This document shows positions 23,289 through 32,176 of a DNA stretch of 64,000 bases, in pieces. The position numbers were made by a program, and so were the translations under genes. The notes beneath the pieces are model-generated. The model was not told the origin of the DNA, did not search any database, and saw nothing but the letters and a program-made list of their open reading frames with translations. The stretch's first letter is position 1. Each line of letters begins with the position of its first letter. Source of the stretch: Candidatus Eiseniibacteriota bacterium (lineage in GTDB: Bacteria; Chloroflexota; Dormibacteria; Dormibacterales; Dormibacteraceae); assembly GCA_035300725.1 (NCBI GenBank), contig DATGVE010000134.1:981-64980 (forward strand), in the 5' to 3' direction.

Positions 23289-23321
23289 AACCGCCTGTAG
23301 AAGTTCGGCTCAAGGACTGCT

Positions 23322-23498
23322 TCAGGCGACCTGAGGTCGGACCGGCCGCCGCAACCATGCGAGCAGGTGCTCCGCGTGCCTGCGCACTCGGATCGACAGT
23401 CTCAACCGCGTCGCGTAGGAGTCGGCGCACTGCTGGCAGCCGCATCCATGTCCGGTATGAGGTAGGGGATTGCCTTCCTTGTCGAACCGTGCATTCAT
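23322..23498 (-). CDS. small Cys/His-rich hypothetical protein (58 aa)
   Basis: ATG 23498 preceded by GGGGG. MNARFDKEGNPLPHTGHGCGCQQCADSY... Moderately high GC3. Lies directly downstream of the PBP gene. Confidence 0.3.
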   Translation of the reverse strand: MNARFDKEGNPLPHTGHGCGCQQCADSYATRLRLSIRVRRHAEHLLAWLRRPVRPQVA

Positions 23499-23531
23499 GG
23501 AACCCCCGCAGCTTTCAGGATGTACCACGCC

Positions 23532-25658
23532 TCAGGTCGGCGTGGGCGAGGCCAGTGGCGACTGCTTTGGCGAAGGCGACGGACTCGGCGAGGGCGATGG
23601 ACTCGGCGAGGGCGATGGACTCGCCGATGGCGACGGACAAGCTGACGCAGAAGGCGAGGGCGACGCGCCTGCCGGGATGGACGGCGACGCACACGGCGAC
23701 GGCGACGGCGAAGGTGAGGGCGTCGGGCAGGCGGCCAGGAAAGGATCCTGCGCAGTGCCGGAGCAGCCGTCGACAACGCCCGGCGGGCGGGCGTACCAGT
23801 TGCGCGTACCCGCGGGCAGCGCGTTGATGAACCTCTTCATGATCGTCAGGCCGACGTTCTCGCCGTAGGCTCGGATCCGTCCGCCACCGCCGTTCGGCGC
23901 CGTGTTTCCGACCCACACGCCGACGACGATGTTCGGGTTGTAGGCCATGATCCACGAGTCGGGAATCCCCCCCTTGCCGTCGTCGCTCGTGCCGGTCTTG
24001 CTTGCCATCTGCCGGTTCCAGCCGAATCCCCACTGGTACTGGTACCTCTTCAATACGTCGGTCATGAGGTACGCCTCCGCTGGCGTGAGGACGGTGGTGC
24101 TGGTCGGGTTTTCGAATTTGTACAGCGAGTGGCCCATCGAGTCGGTGACCTCGAGGATCGAGTGCAGGTCGACGCGCCGGCCCGAGTTGGCGAAGGTCTG
24201 GTAGCCCTGGACGTGGTCGTAGAGGGTCACGTCACTGCCTCCGATCGCGGTCGACAGGTTGGGCTGGAGCTTGCTATTGACTCCCATCGCGTGGGCGAGG
24301 TCGATCACGTTGTTGATGCCTTCCATCTGCCCGACCTCGACCGCCGGGATGTTGCGCGAATAGAGGATGGCCGTGCTGGCCTTGATGTCGCCCATGCCGC
24401 CGTTGTCGAAGTCGCGGGGCACGTAGCCGTTGAAGTTGGTCAGCTGGTCGTGGAGGATGGTGTCCCACGTGATCCTGTGGTCGCGCAGCGCGGCCTCGTA
24501 CACGTACGGCTTGAAGGACGATCCGGGCTGGCGCAAGGAAAGGACGACGTCGAACTGGCCGCCAATGGAATCGTTGCCGTAATCCGCCGAGCCCACCCAC
24601 GCCCTGACCTCGCCGCTCTTCGGATCCGCCGCGAGAAGCGCGGAGTTGTTGACGTTGAACACCTTCAGGTCGTGCACGCCGTTGGCGACGGCGTCCTGGG
24701 CCGCCTGCTGCAGGTCGAGGTCGAGCGTGGTCCGCACCGTGATGCCGCCTTGCTGCACGGCAGTGGAGCCAAACGTCCTCTCCAGCTTGGTCAGCACGTA
24801 GTCCACGAAGTGCGGGGCCTTGCTCTGCCGCGCGGTCGCCTGGATGTTCAGCTGGGACTTGACATCCTCGCCGGCAGCCTTGTCCGCCTCGTCGGACCTG
24901 AGCGCGTTGGTCGAAACCATGCCGTGCAGCACGTACAGCTCGCGCTCTCGTGCCAGACCGTAGCGGACGGCGGGGTCATAAGCGCTTGGCGCCTGGATCA
25001 ATCCGGCAAGGAATGCCGCCTGCGCGGGTGAAAGGTCCTTTGCGTCCTCATTGAAATATGTGCGGGCCGCGGCGCCGACGCCGTAGGCGCCGTGTCCGAA
25101 ATAGACCCGATTCAGATACATGCCCAGGATCTGGTCTTTCGAGTAGCGCTGCTCGAGCACGATGGCGAGCACGATCTCCTCCGTCTTTCGCGAGATCGAC
25201 TTCTCCGGCGTGAGGAGCTGCATCTTCACCAGCTGCTGCGTGATGGTGCTGCCGCCTTGATTGAGCCCGCGCGAGGTGACGTCGACCCACGCCGCGCGAG
25301 CGGTCGCCGTCGGGTCGATCGCGCCGTGGCTGTAGAAGCTGCGGTCCTCCGCCGCCAGTACGGCCTTCGGCGCGTACGGACCCATCTCCTTGAGGGTCAA
25401 GGTGACGTGGTAGTGGCCGGCCGGGCTCCAGTCTTCGATGAGGTTGCCGTTGTGGTCGAGCACGACCACATCGCCAGCCGCGAGCACGTTCTGACTCGGG
25501 TCGGGCAGGTCCCTGATCACCCACAGCACGTACAGCGTCATGGCGATCAGCAACGCTCCAAGAACCCCTGAGATCCACGCCTTCCTGGCCCACAGCCAAC
25601 TAATCGGTCGCACCCAGAAAGCGCGCTTGTCGCCGTTGGAGGACGGTCCAATGGTCAC
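23532..25658 (-). CDS. bifunctional class A penicillin-binding protein (glycosyltransferase GT51 + transpeptidase) with Pro/Ser-repeat tail
   Basis: N-terminal TM. GT51 motifs EDRSFYSHGAIDP, GGSTITQQLVK, RKTEEIVLA. Transpeptidase motifs SSFKP, SRN, KTGTS. C-terminal PSPSPSPS... low complexity. Confidence 0.9.
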   Translation of the reverse strand: MTIGPSSNGDKRAFWVRPISWLWARKAWISGVLGALLIAMTLYVLWVIRDLPDPSQNVLAAGDVVVLDHNGNLIEDWSPAGHYHVTLTLKEMGPYAPKAVLAAEDRSFYSHGAIDPTATARAAWVDVTSRGLNQGGSTITQQLVKMQLLTPEKSISRKTEEIVLAIVLEQRYSKDQILGMYLNRVYFGHGAYGVGAAARTYFNEDAKDLSPAQAAFLAGLIQAPSAYDPAVRYGLARERELYVLHGMVSTNALRSDEADKAAGEDVKSQLNIQATARQSKAPHFVDYVLTKLERTFGSTAVQQGGITVRTTLDLDLQQAAQDAVANGVHDLKVFNVNNSALLAADPKSGEVRAWVGSADYGNDSIGGQFDVVLSLRQPGSSFKPYVYEAALRDHRITWDTILHDQLTNFNGYVPRDFDNGGMGDIKASTAILYSRNIPAVEVGQMEGINNVIDLAHAMGVNSKLQPNLSTAIGGSDVTLYDHVQGYQTFANSGRRVDLHSILEVTDSMGHSLYKFENPTSTTVLTPAEAYLMTDVLKRYQYQWGFGWNRQMASKTGTSDDGKGGIPDSWIMAYNPNIVVGVWVGNTAPNGGGGRIRAYGENVGLTIMKRFINALPAGTRNWYARPPGVVDGCSGTAQDPFLAACPTPSPSPSPSPCASPSIPAGASPSPSASACPSPSASPSPSPSPSPSPSPSPSPKQSPLASPTPT
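23575..23646. repeat. 18-nt tandem repeat (about 4 units) encoding the (Ser-Pro)n tail of the PBP
   Basis: GGCGACGGACTCGGCGAG / GGCGATGGACTCGGCGAG / GGCGATGGACTCGCCGAT / GGCGACGGACAAGCTGAC. Confidence 0.8.
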
Positions 25659-25843
25659 CCATGAAAAACGCTAGCACGGCGTGATCTAACCGGAAAACGG
25701 TCTTTTTGAACTCGAAGCCAGGCGTGCTGCGCGTCTGCTTCGCGCCAAATTCGGCGCCCAAGGCGCAGACGCGGCTCGGTCGCGTAATCCACTTTCAGAC
25801 GCGGTGGCCCAACTCGAAAGGGCTGTCGTCCCTATTGCGGATT

Positions 25844-25889
25844 ACTCTGGATCAGAAGGTTGAAGGTTCGCATCCGTCCTCCCCAGCCA
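25844..25889 (+). pseudogene. second tRNA-Gln 3' half copy (anticodon loop to CCA)
   Basis: ACTCTGGATCAGAAGGTTGAAGGTTCGCATCCGTCCTCCCCAGCCA matches 20999-21044 with 2 substitutions, one of which breaks the T stem. No 5' half. Confidence 0.8.
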
Positions 25890-25928
25890 CCGATGGCCGC
25901 GGGCGACATGAGTGTGGAGCTGTAATCG

Positions 25929-26426
25929 ATGGACGAGCACTACGAGTTCACCGACGTGTGGACCATTCCAGCCGGGATCGAAGTGGCCTGGAGGATGGTG
26001 GATGACGTCGCCAGCTGGCCTATTTGGTGGCCGGACTATCGCTTCGCGGAGGTCATATCAGAAATCAGGCACGGACCGGGCACGCGATGGCATGTAAAGG
26101 TGAGGTCAGACCTGCCCTACAAACTCGATTTCAACTTCACGGTCCTCACCCACGAACCGCCCACATACGTCCGCACTCGAGTCGAGGGTTTCTTCGAAGG
26201 CGAAATCGACTGGGGGTTGGATCGGCTGTCGCCGGACACAACCCGAATGACGCTGCACGAACAACCCGAGACGAAGTGGGCCTTGATCAATCTCACCGCC
26301 AGACTTGGAGGTAGACAGCTCCTGATGAGCAACCACAAATCTGCGATGCGTCGTGGCGAGGTCGGCATGAAGGCCGCCCTCGCGAGAGGCTATGTGCCGC
26401 CGGATCTCGACGCTGTTCAGGTCTAA
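25929..26426 (+). CDS. SRPBCC (START/polyketide-cyclase-like) family protein
   Basis: 165 aa. The length and the W-rich pattern (VASWPIWWPDY...) are typical of SRPBCC ligand-binding proteins. Confidence 0.6.
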   Translation: MDEHYEFTDVWTIPAGIEVAWRMVDDVASWPIWWPDYRFAEVISEIRHGPGTRWHVKVRSDLPYKLDFNFTVLTHEPPTYVRTRVEGFFEGEIDWGLDRLSPDTTRMTLHEQPETKWALINLTARLGGRQLLMSNHKSAMRRGEVGMKAALARGYVPPDLDAVQV

Positions 26427-26459
26427 AAGAGGATCTACCGCGCGAAGGAGGAAGGAAAC

Positions 26460-26831
26460 ATGGCGAATAGAAAGGACTCACGAGCGGTGGCGCTTGCCCG
26501 CGCTCACCTGGAGGCGTGGACCAACCACGACTTCGAAACGGTGCGAGGCAACCTCGCGGAGGACGTGCAGTTCTTCAGCCCGGCCGCGAACCTGACCGGC
26601 ATCGATGAATACATGGACGCGCCTCGAGGCCTGACGCAATTCGCAAAACAGGTGGTGCCCGCCAGCCTGCGCATATTTGCCGCCGTTGGCGACGAGCGGA
26701 ACGCGCTGATCATGTACGAGGTCAGTACCGCCACGAAGGTGTTTCCGTCGGCTCAGACCTGGCTGCTGGACGAGAACGGAAAGATCAAGGTCGAGCGGAT
26801 CGTCTCCTACATGGCTCCGCGTGACGTCTAG
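26460..26831 (+). CDS. SnoaL-like / NTF2-fold protein
   Basis: 123 aa. LARAHLEAWTNHDFETVRGNLAEDVQFFSP is a typical SnoaL_2 N-terminus. GGAGGAAGG RBS. Confidence 0.6.
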   Translation: MANRKDSRAVALARAHLEAWTNHDFETVRGNLAEDVQFFSPAANLTGIDEYMDAPRGLTQFAKQVVPASLRIFAAVGDERNALIMYEVSTATKVFPSAQTWLLDENGKIKVERIVSYMAPRDV

Positions 26832-26878
26832 GTCACCTTGGTTCGGAATCGACTTCCGCCGGGTAGATAGAAGCTGCA

Positions 26879-27634
26879 ATGTCTTCCAATTGGCCTCTCG
26901 GGTCGGTCGAGCTCAAGGTGCTCGACCTCGAGCGCGAAGTCGATTTTTACGAGCGGTTTGGTCTCAGCCGAATCGACGACGGCGCCGCCACCGCCACGCT
27001 TGGCGCCGGCGGCTCGCCCGTGCTTCGCCTAAAGGCCCTGCCAGGTGGGCGCCAGCGGCCCCGGCACACCGCCGGTCTCTTCCACTTCGCCATCCTCCTG
27101 CCACGAGAAGAGGAGCTGGGCGGTTTCCTCCGGCGAGCGCTCGAGGAGCGCCTGCCGCTCACCGGCACCGCCGACCACTTCGTCAGCCAGGCGCTTTACT
27201 TCGACGACCCGGAGGGAAACGGCATCGAGGTCTATGCGGACCGCCCGCGCAGTGAATGGCAGTACCCAAGCGGCCGGTTGAACATCGGCACCGACCACCT
27301 GGATTTCGAACGGCTGCTGAGAGTTGCGGACAAGCCCGAGAAGAAGTTCTCCAGCGACACTGTCCTCGGGCACATGCACCTCAACGTCTCCGACCTGGAC
27401 AGCTCTCAGGCCTTCTATCAGGCGATGGGCATGGAGCTAATCGCTGAAGCCGGACGGGTCATGCGCTTCATGAGCTGGGATGGCTACCACCATCACCTCG
27501 GCATCAACCTCCTCGAGGGCCATGGCGCGGCGAAGGTCGAGCCTGACGTGCGTGGCCTTCAGGGCTTCGAGGTCAGGCGGATCGACGGCGCACGTACCGA
27601 CCCCAACGGAATCGAGGTCACTCCGGCGGCCTGA
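26879..27634 (+). CDS. two-domain VOC (glyoxalase/bleomycin-resistance/extradiol dioxygenase) family protein
   Basis: 251 aa. Two VOC modules, VELKVLDLEREVDFYERFGL and GHMHLNVSDLDSSQAFYQAMGM, with metal-ligand His/Glu positions. Confidence 0.7.
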   Translation: MSSNWPLGSVELKVLDLEREVDFYERFGLSRIDDGAATATLGAGGSPVLRLKALPGGRQRPRHTAGLFHFAILLPREEELGGFLRRALEERLPLTGTADHFVSQALYFDDPEGNGIEVYADRPRSEWQYPSGRLNIGTDHLDFERLLRVADKPEKKFSSDTVLGHMHLNVSDLDSSQAFYQAMGMELIAEAGRVMRFMSWDGYHHHLGINLLEGHGAAKVEPDVRGLQGFEVRRIDGARTDPNGIEVTPAA

Positions 27635-28067
27635 CTTTGGCGACGTCGCGCTGGCACCACGCGTAGAGAGCGTCGTAGAGGGGAGACTCGAGGGCTATTT
27701 TCAAGTGGTCGTTCTCGCCATGGACGATCGCGAACCCGAAGGCGATCGCCTTCAGCCCGGCCGCCTCAGGTGTTATGTCGATGTCAGCATTGACGTCAGC
27801 GCCATGCACGATCTGGGCCAACCGGTCCAGCGCTGGGTCGTGCAGCTCGTATTTGAGCACTATCGATTCAAAGCTGCACCGCCCATCCACGTGGCCCAGC
27901 TCGACGCCTCCGACGTCGTACGGGATCGCGCCCTCCCGTTCGGCCACGGCCATGACCTCCTGAGCCGGAACGTAGAGGAACTCGGCGTCCGGGTCGATGA
28001 ACCGCTTGACCAGCCACGGGCACGCGATCCGGTCAACGCTGGCGTTCTTCCGGGTAATCCACTTCAC
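27618..28067 (-). CDS. ChrB C-terminal-domain (chromate resistance) protein
   Basis: 149 aa. KWITRKNASVDRIACPWLVKRFIDPDAEFLYVP is characteristic of the ChrB_C domain. Confidence 0.7.
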   Translation of the reverse strand: MKWITRKNASVDRIACPWLVKRFIDPDAEFLYVPAQEVMAVAEREGAIPYDVGGVELGHVDGRCSFESIVLKYELHDPALDRLAQIVHGADVNADIDITPEAAGLKAIAFGFAIVHGENDHLKIALESPLYDALYAWCQRDVAKVRPPE

Positions 28068-28129
28068 TGCTAACTCCTTGTCGTTGGAATGTCGTCATTT
28101 AGGCTATCCTCGGGCCGATAGGACGAATC

Positions 28130-29275
28130 GTGAAACATCACCAGCCGGCCTGGTTGAGACGGTTCTGGCGCCGGCCCGAGGAAGACCAGTTCCGCAGTGC
28201 CTTGCACGACCTTCTTCTCTACAGCCCTGACCGCCAGACGCTGGCGCACCGGGCGCTCGGTTGGGCTCTGCGCCTGGTCGGCGGCGAGGGCGGTTTCGTC
28301 ATCGATTCGGATCGATCCATCCTTGCGGCCGAAGGGATCGAAATTGGCGAAGCAGAGAAGATTGCGACACGAAACGAATTCCTGCCGATGGCCGGGCAGG
28401 GGCATGAGCCCTGGCGCAAGGATCACATGCTCATCGTTCCGCTGGACTTGCAGGTTGGTCGCGCGGCGATCGTCATCGTCTCCGGACGCTTGACGTCGAT
28501 CTTTGGTGACGACGAGCTCGACCGTCTGATCCTGTACGCGGTCAGCATCTCGGCCGGCCTCGACAGGGTGGCCTTGAACGAAAGAATTCACAACCTTGAA
28601 AAGGCCAAGAGCGATTTCCTCAACATCGCATCGCATGAGCTGCGTGGGCCGATGACGATCATCAAGGGATACCTGACGATGTTTGAAGCCGGTTCGTTGG
28701 GTGAGTTGTCGCCCAAAGCGAATTCGGTGCTGCCCCTTCTCATCTCGAAGTCAGACGAGATCAACTGGATGCTGGAGCAGATGCTCGAGGCCTCTCGCCT
28801 CGAAGAGGGACGGCTGGAGCTCAACAAGAAACGATATGACCTCGTCGAAATCACGGATAGGGCGATCGATGGGGTGAAGATGCTGCTGCGGGGCCACGAC
28901 CTCAAGGTCGATGAGCCGGCACAGCCGTTGGAAGCCGAGGTCGATCGCGACCGCTTCCAGATGGTCATCCGCAACCTGCTGAGCAACGCCGCCAAGTACT
29001 CGCCCGCCGGTACGCAGATCACCGTTCGCATCCAGCGCGAGAACGGCAAAGCGACGGTCGCCGTCATCGACGACGGCGTGGGCATAACTACGGAAGACCA
29101 GGCCAACCTGTTCACTCGATTCGGCAGGATTCAGACCACGAAGCACGTGCAGGGCACCGGCCTGGGACTCTGGCTCTCGCGAGAGATAGCCCGGATGCAC
29201 GATGGCGACCTGACGGTCCAGTCCGCACTTGGGAGCGGCAGCACCTTCGTGCTGGCGGTGCCGCTGAGGCGCTAG
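28130..29275 (+). CDS. cytoplasmic sensor histidine kinase (GAF-like N-terminus, HisKA, HATPase_c)
   Basis: H-box SHELRGPMT, N-box LLSNAAKYS, G-boxes DDGVGI and GTGLGLWLS. No adjacent response regulator. Confidence 0.85.
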   Translation: MKHHQPAWLRRFWRRPEEDQFRSALHDLLLYSPDRQTLAHRALGWALRLVGGEGGFVIDSDRSILAAEGIEIGEAEKIATRNEFLPMAGQGHEPWRKDHMLIVPLDLQVGRAAIVIVSGRLTSIFGDDELDRLILYAVSISAGLDRVALNERIHNLEKAKSDFLNIASHELRGPMTIIKGYLTMFEAGSLGELSPKANSVLPLLISKSDEINWMLEQMLEASRLEEGRLELNKKRYDLVEITDRAIDGVKMLLRGHDLKVDEPAQPLEAEVDRDRFQMVIRNLLSNAAKYSPAGTQITVRIQRENGKATVAVIDDGVGITTEDQANLFTRFGRIQTTKHVQGTGLGLWLSREIARMHDGDLTVQSALGSGSTFVLAVPLRR

Positions 29276-29285
29276 CCTGCTTGCG

Positions 29286-30182
29286 GTGGAACCGCAGGTG
29301 CGATCGGCATTTCAAACCGCGCGCCCGCTCGATCTTTTCTCGACCCTGGCCCCGATCGAGTTTGGCCCGTCGCTGAAGATCGAAAACGCCGGTGTATGGC
29401 GTGCCACGCGAACGCCCGACGGCCCGGCTACCGTCCACTTGCGCAAAGTCGCGGGAACGATCGAGGTCGATGCCTGGGGGCCAGGCGCCGCGTGGGCGGC
29501 GGCCAAAGCCCCCTCGCTCTGCGGAGAGGAGGATGACGCCAGCGGCTTCCAGCCGCGGCACCGGCTGATCGCGGACCTCCACCGTCGCAACCCAGGCTTG
29601 CGGCTGCCCAAGACCATGGCCGTGTTCGAGGCGCTGGTTCCGGCCGTGCTTGAGCAAAAAGTGACGACCACCCAGGCGAAAGCCGCGTATCGAGCGCTCG
29701 TCGACTCACTCGGCGAGGCGGCACCGGGACCTGTGCGATTGAAGCTCCCGCCTTCGTCGCATGTCCTGGCGCGAACTCCTTACTGGGCATTCCATCGCTT
29801 CGGCGTCGAGCGCCGCCGCGCCGTCGTCATCATCGAGGCCGCCCGGAGCGCCAACCGGCTCGAGGAGATCACGACGATGGACCTCGCGAGCGCCTACCGC
29901 CGGCTCCAGGCGTTTCCGGGCGTCGGCCCGTGGACCGCGGCCAAAGTCGCCCTCGTCGCGCTGGGCGACCCGGACGCGGTGCCCATCGGCGACTATCACC
30001 TGCCTCACGCGGTCGGCTACGCGCTCGAGGGAACCCCGCGCTCGAGCGATGAACGCATGCTGGAGCTGCTCGACCCATATCGCGGACACCGCGCCCGCGT
30101 CATCCGTTTGTTGATGGTCTCCGGCATCGGGGCGCCGAGGTTCGGTCCCAAACAGCCGCTGCGCGACATCGCAAACAATTAA
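29286..30182 (+). CDS. HhH-GPD DNA glycosylase, AlkA-like (3-methyladenine DNA glycosylase II family)
   Basis: 298 aa. HhH element LQAFPGVGPWTAAKVAL followed by the catalytic-Asp region PIGDYHL. Confidence 0.7.
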   Translation: MEPQVRSAFQTARPLDLFSTLAPIEFGPSLKIENAGVWRATRTPDGPATVHLRKVAGTIEVDAWGPGAAWAAAKAPSLCGEEDDASGFQPRHRLIADLHRRNPGLRLPKTMAVFEALVPAVLEQKVTTTQAKAAYRALVDSLGEAAPGPVRLKLPPSSHVLARTPYWAFHRFGVERRRAVVIIEAARSANRLEEITTMDLASAYRRLQAFPGVGPWTAAKVALVALGDPDAVPIGDYHLPHAVGYALEGTPRSSDERMLELLDPYRGHRARVIRLLMVSGIGAPRFGPKQPLRDIANN

Positions 30183-30189
30183 GCTATGA

Positions 30190-30212
30190 GGGAAAACCCG
30201 GATGGTTTTCCC
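30190..30212 (+). terminator. stem-loop after the AlkA-like gene
   Basis: GGGAAAACC-CGGAT-GGTTTTCCC, a 9-bp perfect stem 8 nt after the stop. Confidence 0.45.
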
Positions 30213-30359
30213 TGCGCGCAAGCGGCGATAAGGATGTGACCTACTGAATGCATCGCGAGTGCGGCTTCGCCGCAGTCGCTGCTCCCATACCGGTATATCG
30301 ATGGGACTTGATCAAGAAGCTGAAGCCCGGCAACGCATGGAGATTAAGTAGACAAAGTC

Positions 30360-30382
30360 GCGGCTGGATTGAACCCAGCCGC
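30360..30382 (-). terminator. stem-loop after pepF
   Basis: On the minus strand, GCGGCTGGG-TTCAAT-CCAGCCGC followed by a T-containing tail. A second hairpin GTGCCAGCGTGGCAC lies just upstream. Confidence 0.45.
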
Positions 30383-30420
30383 CCGTGCCACGCTGGCACA
30401 ATCAAGGAGCAGACTCGCTC

Positions 30421-32124
30421 TTATTCGAGCTTGGCCAGCTCCTCTTCGACGAGAGAGATCAGCTCGCGCATTCCCTCGCTGTCGAAGATCAGCCTCGCGC
30501 CTGCGGCGCGGAACAGCTCGGGAAGCGGCCGGGTCGCGCCCAGGGCAAGCGACTCGCGATATTTTCGGACGGCTTCGCCGCCGTCGCGGAGGCTGTTGCG
30601 CCAAACCTGAAGGGCGCCGAGCTGTGCGATCCCGTACTCGATGTAGTAGAACGGGCTGCCGAAGAAGTGCGGCTGCTGGTACCACCGCGCGATTCGCTCC
30701 GCATCGAGGCCGGACCAGTCCACGAAAGGACCCTCGAAGCGCCGGCGCAGCTCGAGCCATTTCCTGTCGCGCGCGCCGGCGTCCCGGCCCTCTTGGTCCA
30801 AGTAGATCCACTGCTGAAAGGCGTCAACCGACGCGCAGTGCGGAAAGAACAGGACGATACCCTCCAGCAGCTCAGCTCTCGACCGGCGTGCATCTTCCTC
30901 GTTGTAGTAGCCGCCGCTGTCCTCCCCGATGAATGGAGCGGAAAGCAGCTCCATGGACATCGATGCGACTTCCGCCATCTCCGAGCCTGGATGACGCTGG
31001 AAGAGAAGCGGAAGTTTTGACGCTTCGAAGGAATGGAAGGCGTGGCCTGACTCGTGCAGAAGGGTGCGCACGTCGTCATCCATTCCCACTGCATTCATGA
31101 AGATGAGCGGCATCTTTCTAAACGACAGCGTCTGGCAGTAGCCTCCCGGAGCCTTGCCTTTGCGGTTGTCCAGGTCGAGCAGGTTTGCGTCGGCCATGCT
31201 GCGGTAGTAGGTCTTGAAATCGGGATCGACTTTGGCGAAGACATCGCCCGCGCGATCTATGAAGGTCGATATCTCGTCGAACGGCTTGAGCGCCGGGCGA
31301 CCATGTGGGTCCACGGTGACGTCCCACGGCCGCAGGGGGTCGAGGCGCATCTGGCGCCGCCGCCGCTCCATCAGCCGCCCAACCGCGGGAAGCACGGCGG
31401 ACTCGACCGCCTCGTGAAATCTCAAGCAGTCGTCAGGCGTGTAGTCGAACCGATTTTTCTCGCGATGGGTGTAGTCACGGAAGTTGTCGAAGTTCGCGTT
31501 TCGGGCCACCTGCTGGCGCAGGTCGTACATGCGATCGAAGATGCCTGCGAGCTCGTCGCGCAGCTCGATGTACGGCTTGGCCCGATGCCTGAAAGCTCGT
31601 TCCCGCAGAGCTCGGTCGCTTGACTGCAGGAATGGCCGAAGCTGGGCGGGAGTCTTTTCCTCACCGTCAAATTTCACTGTCATCGCGCCGTTGACCTTCG
31701 ACCACTCGGTCTCCAGCTTCGACAGCTGGGCGAAGAGGGGCACGTTGGCTTCGGCGAAGAGATTCATCTGGTTCTTGAACCGCTCGACTGTCGTTTCGAG
31801 ACCAGGCCGCACGTAGTCAAGCTCGACCAGGCGCTCCTGCAGCCTCACGCGCTGCTCGCGAGCTTTTGGTGCGATCTGCATTCCGAACCGCAGCTGCGCT
31901 GCCTCGCGAGCCGGGTCGGAAGTGTCGCATGTATAGGCGAAACGCGCGAGGGCACCGGCTTCCGACAGCATCGACTCGAACAAGGACCAATCGGCCAGCC
32001 AGGCCTCGACGTTGGAACGATCGAGCGGTCGCGAAGCCAGCTCTTTGAAATAGGGGAGGATGTCCTCCCACCCGGCGTCCTTGAAGGCATCCGGAGATTC
32101 CGGAAGTGCAATAGCCACCCTCAC
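30421..32124 (-). CDS. pepF: M3B family oligoendopeptidase F
   Basis: HESGHAFH zinc motif. About 567 aa from GTG 32124 (or 32118). The longer track ORF would overlap the upstream glycosylase gene. Confidence 0.85.
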   Translation of the reverse strand: MRVAIALPESPDAFKDAGWEDILPYFKELASRPLDRSNVEAWLADWSLFESMLSEAGALARFAYTCDTSDPAREAAQLRFGMQIAPKAREQRVRLQERLVELDYVRPGLETTVERFKNQMNLFAEANVPLFAQLSKLETEWSKVNGAMTVKFDGEEKTPAQLRPFLQSSDRALRERAFRHRAKPYIELRDELAGIFDRMYDLRQQVARNANFDNFRDYTHREKNRFDYTPDDCLRFHEAVESAVLPAVGRLMERRRRQMRLDPLRPWDVTVDPHGRPALKPFDEISTFIDRAGDVFAKVDPDFKTYYRSMADANLLDLDNRKGKAPGGYCQTLSFRKMPLIFMNAVGMDDDVRTLLHESGHAFHSFEASKLPLLFQRHPGSEMAEVASMSMELLSAPFIGEDSGGYYNEEDARRSRAELLEGIVLFFPHCASVDAFQQWIYLDQEGRDAGARDRKWLELRRRFEGPFVDWSGLDAERIARWYQQPHFFGSPFYYIEYGIAQLGALQVWRNSLRDGGEAVRKYRESLALGATRPLPELFRAAGARLIFDSEGMRELISLVEEELAKLE

Positions 32125-32176
32125 CCTCGTCCCGAACTTGTCAGGCCTGCGATCCACGACATCGTACAGAGAACTC

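Noticed and set aside
23188-23290. Treating 23215-23288 and 25815-25889 as additional functional tRNA genes.
   Set aside because: The 5' portions cannot pair with the CTCCCCA acceptor strand, and no D arm can be drawn. The second copy also has a mismatch in the T stem.
23560-23730. Short tandem repeats that might be mistaken for a CRISPR or minisatellite locus.
   Set aside because: The repeats are contiguous 18-nt units without spacers. They lie inside the PBP reading frame and encode a Ser/Pro tail.
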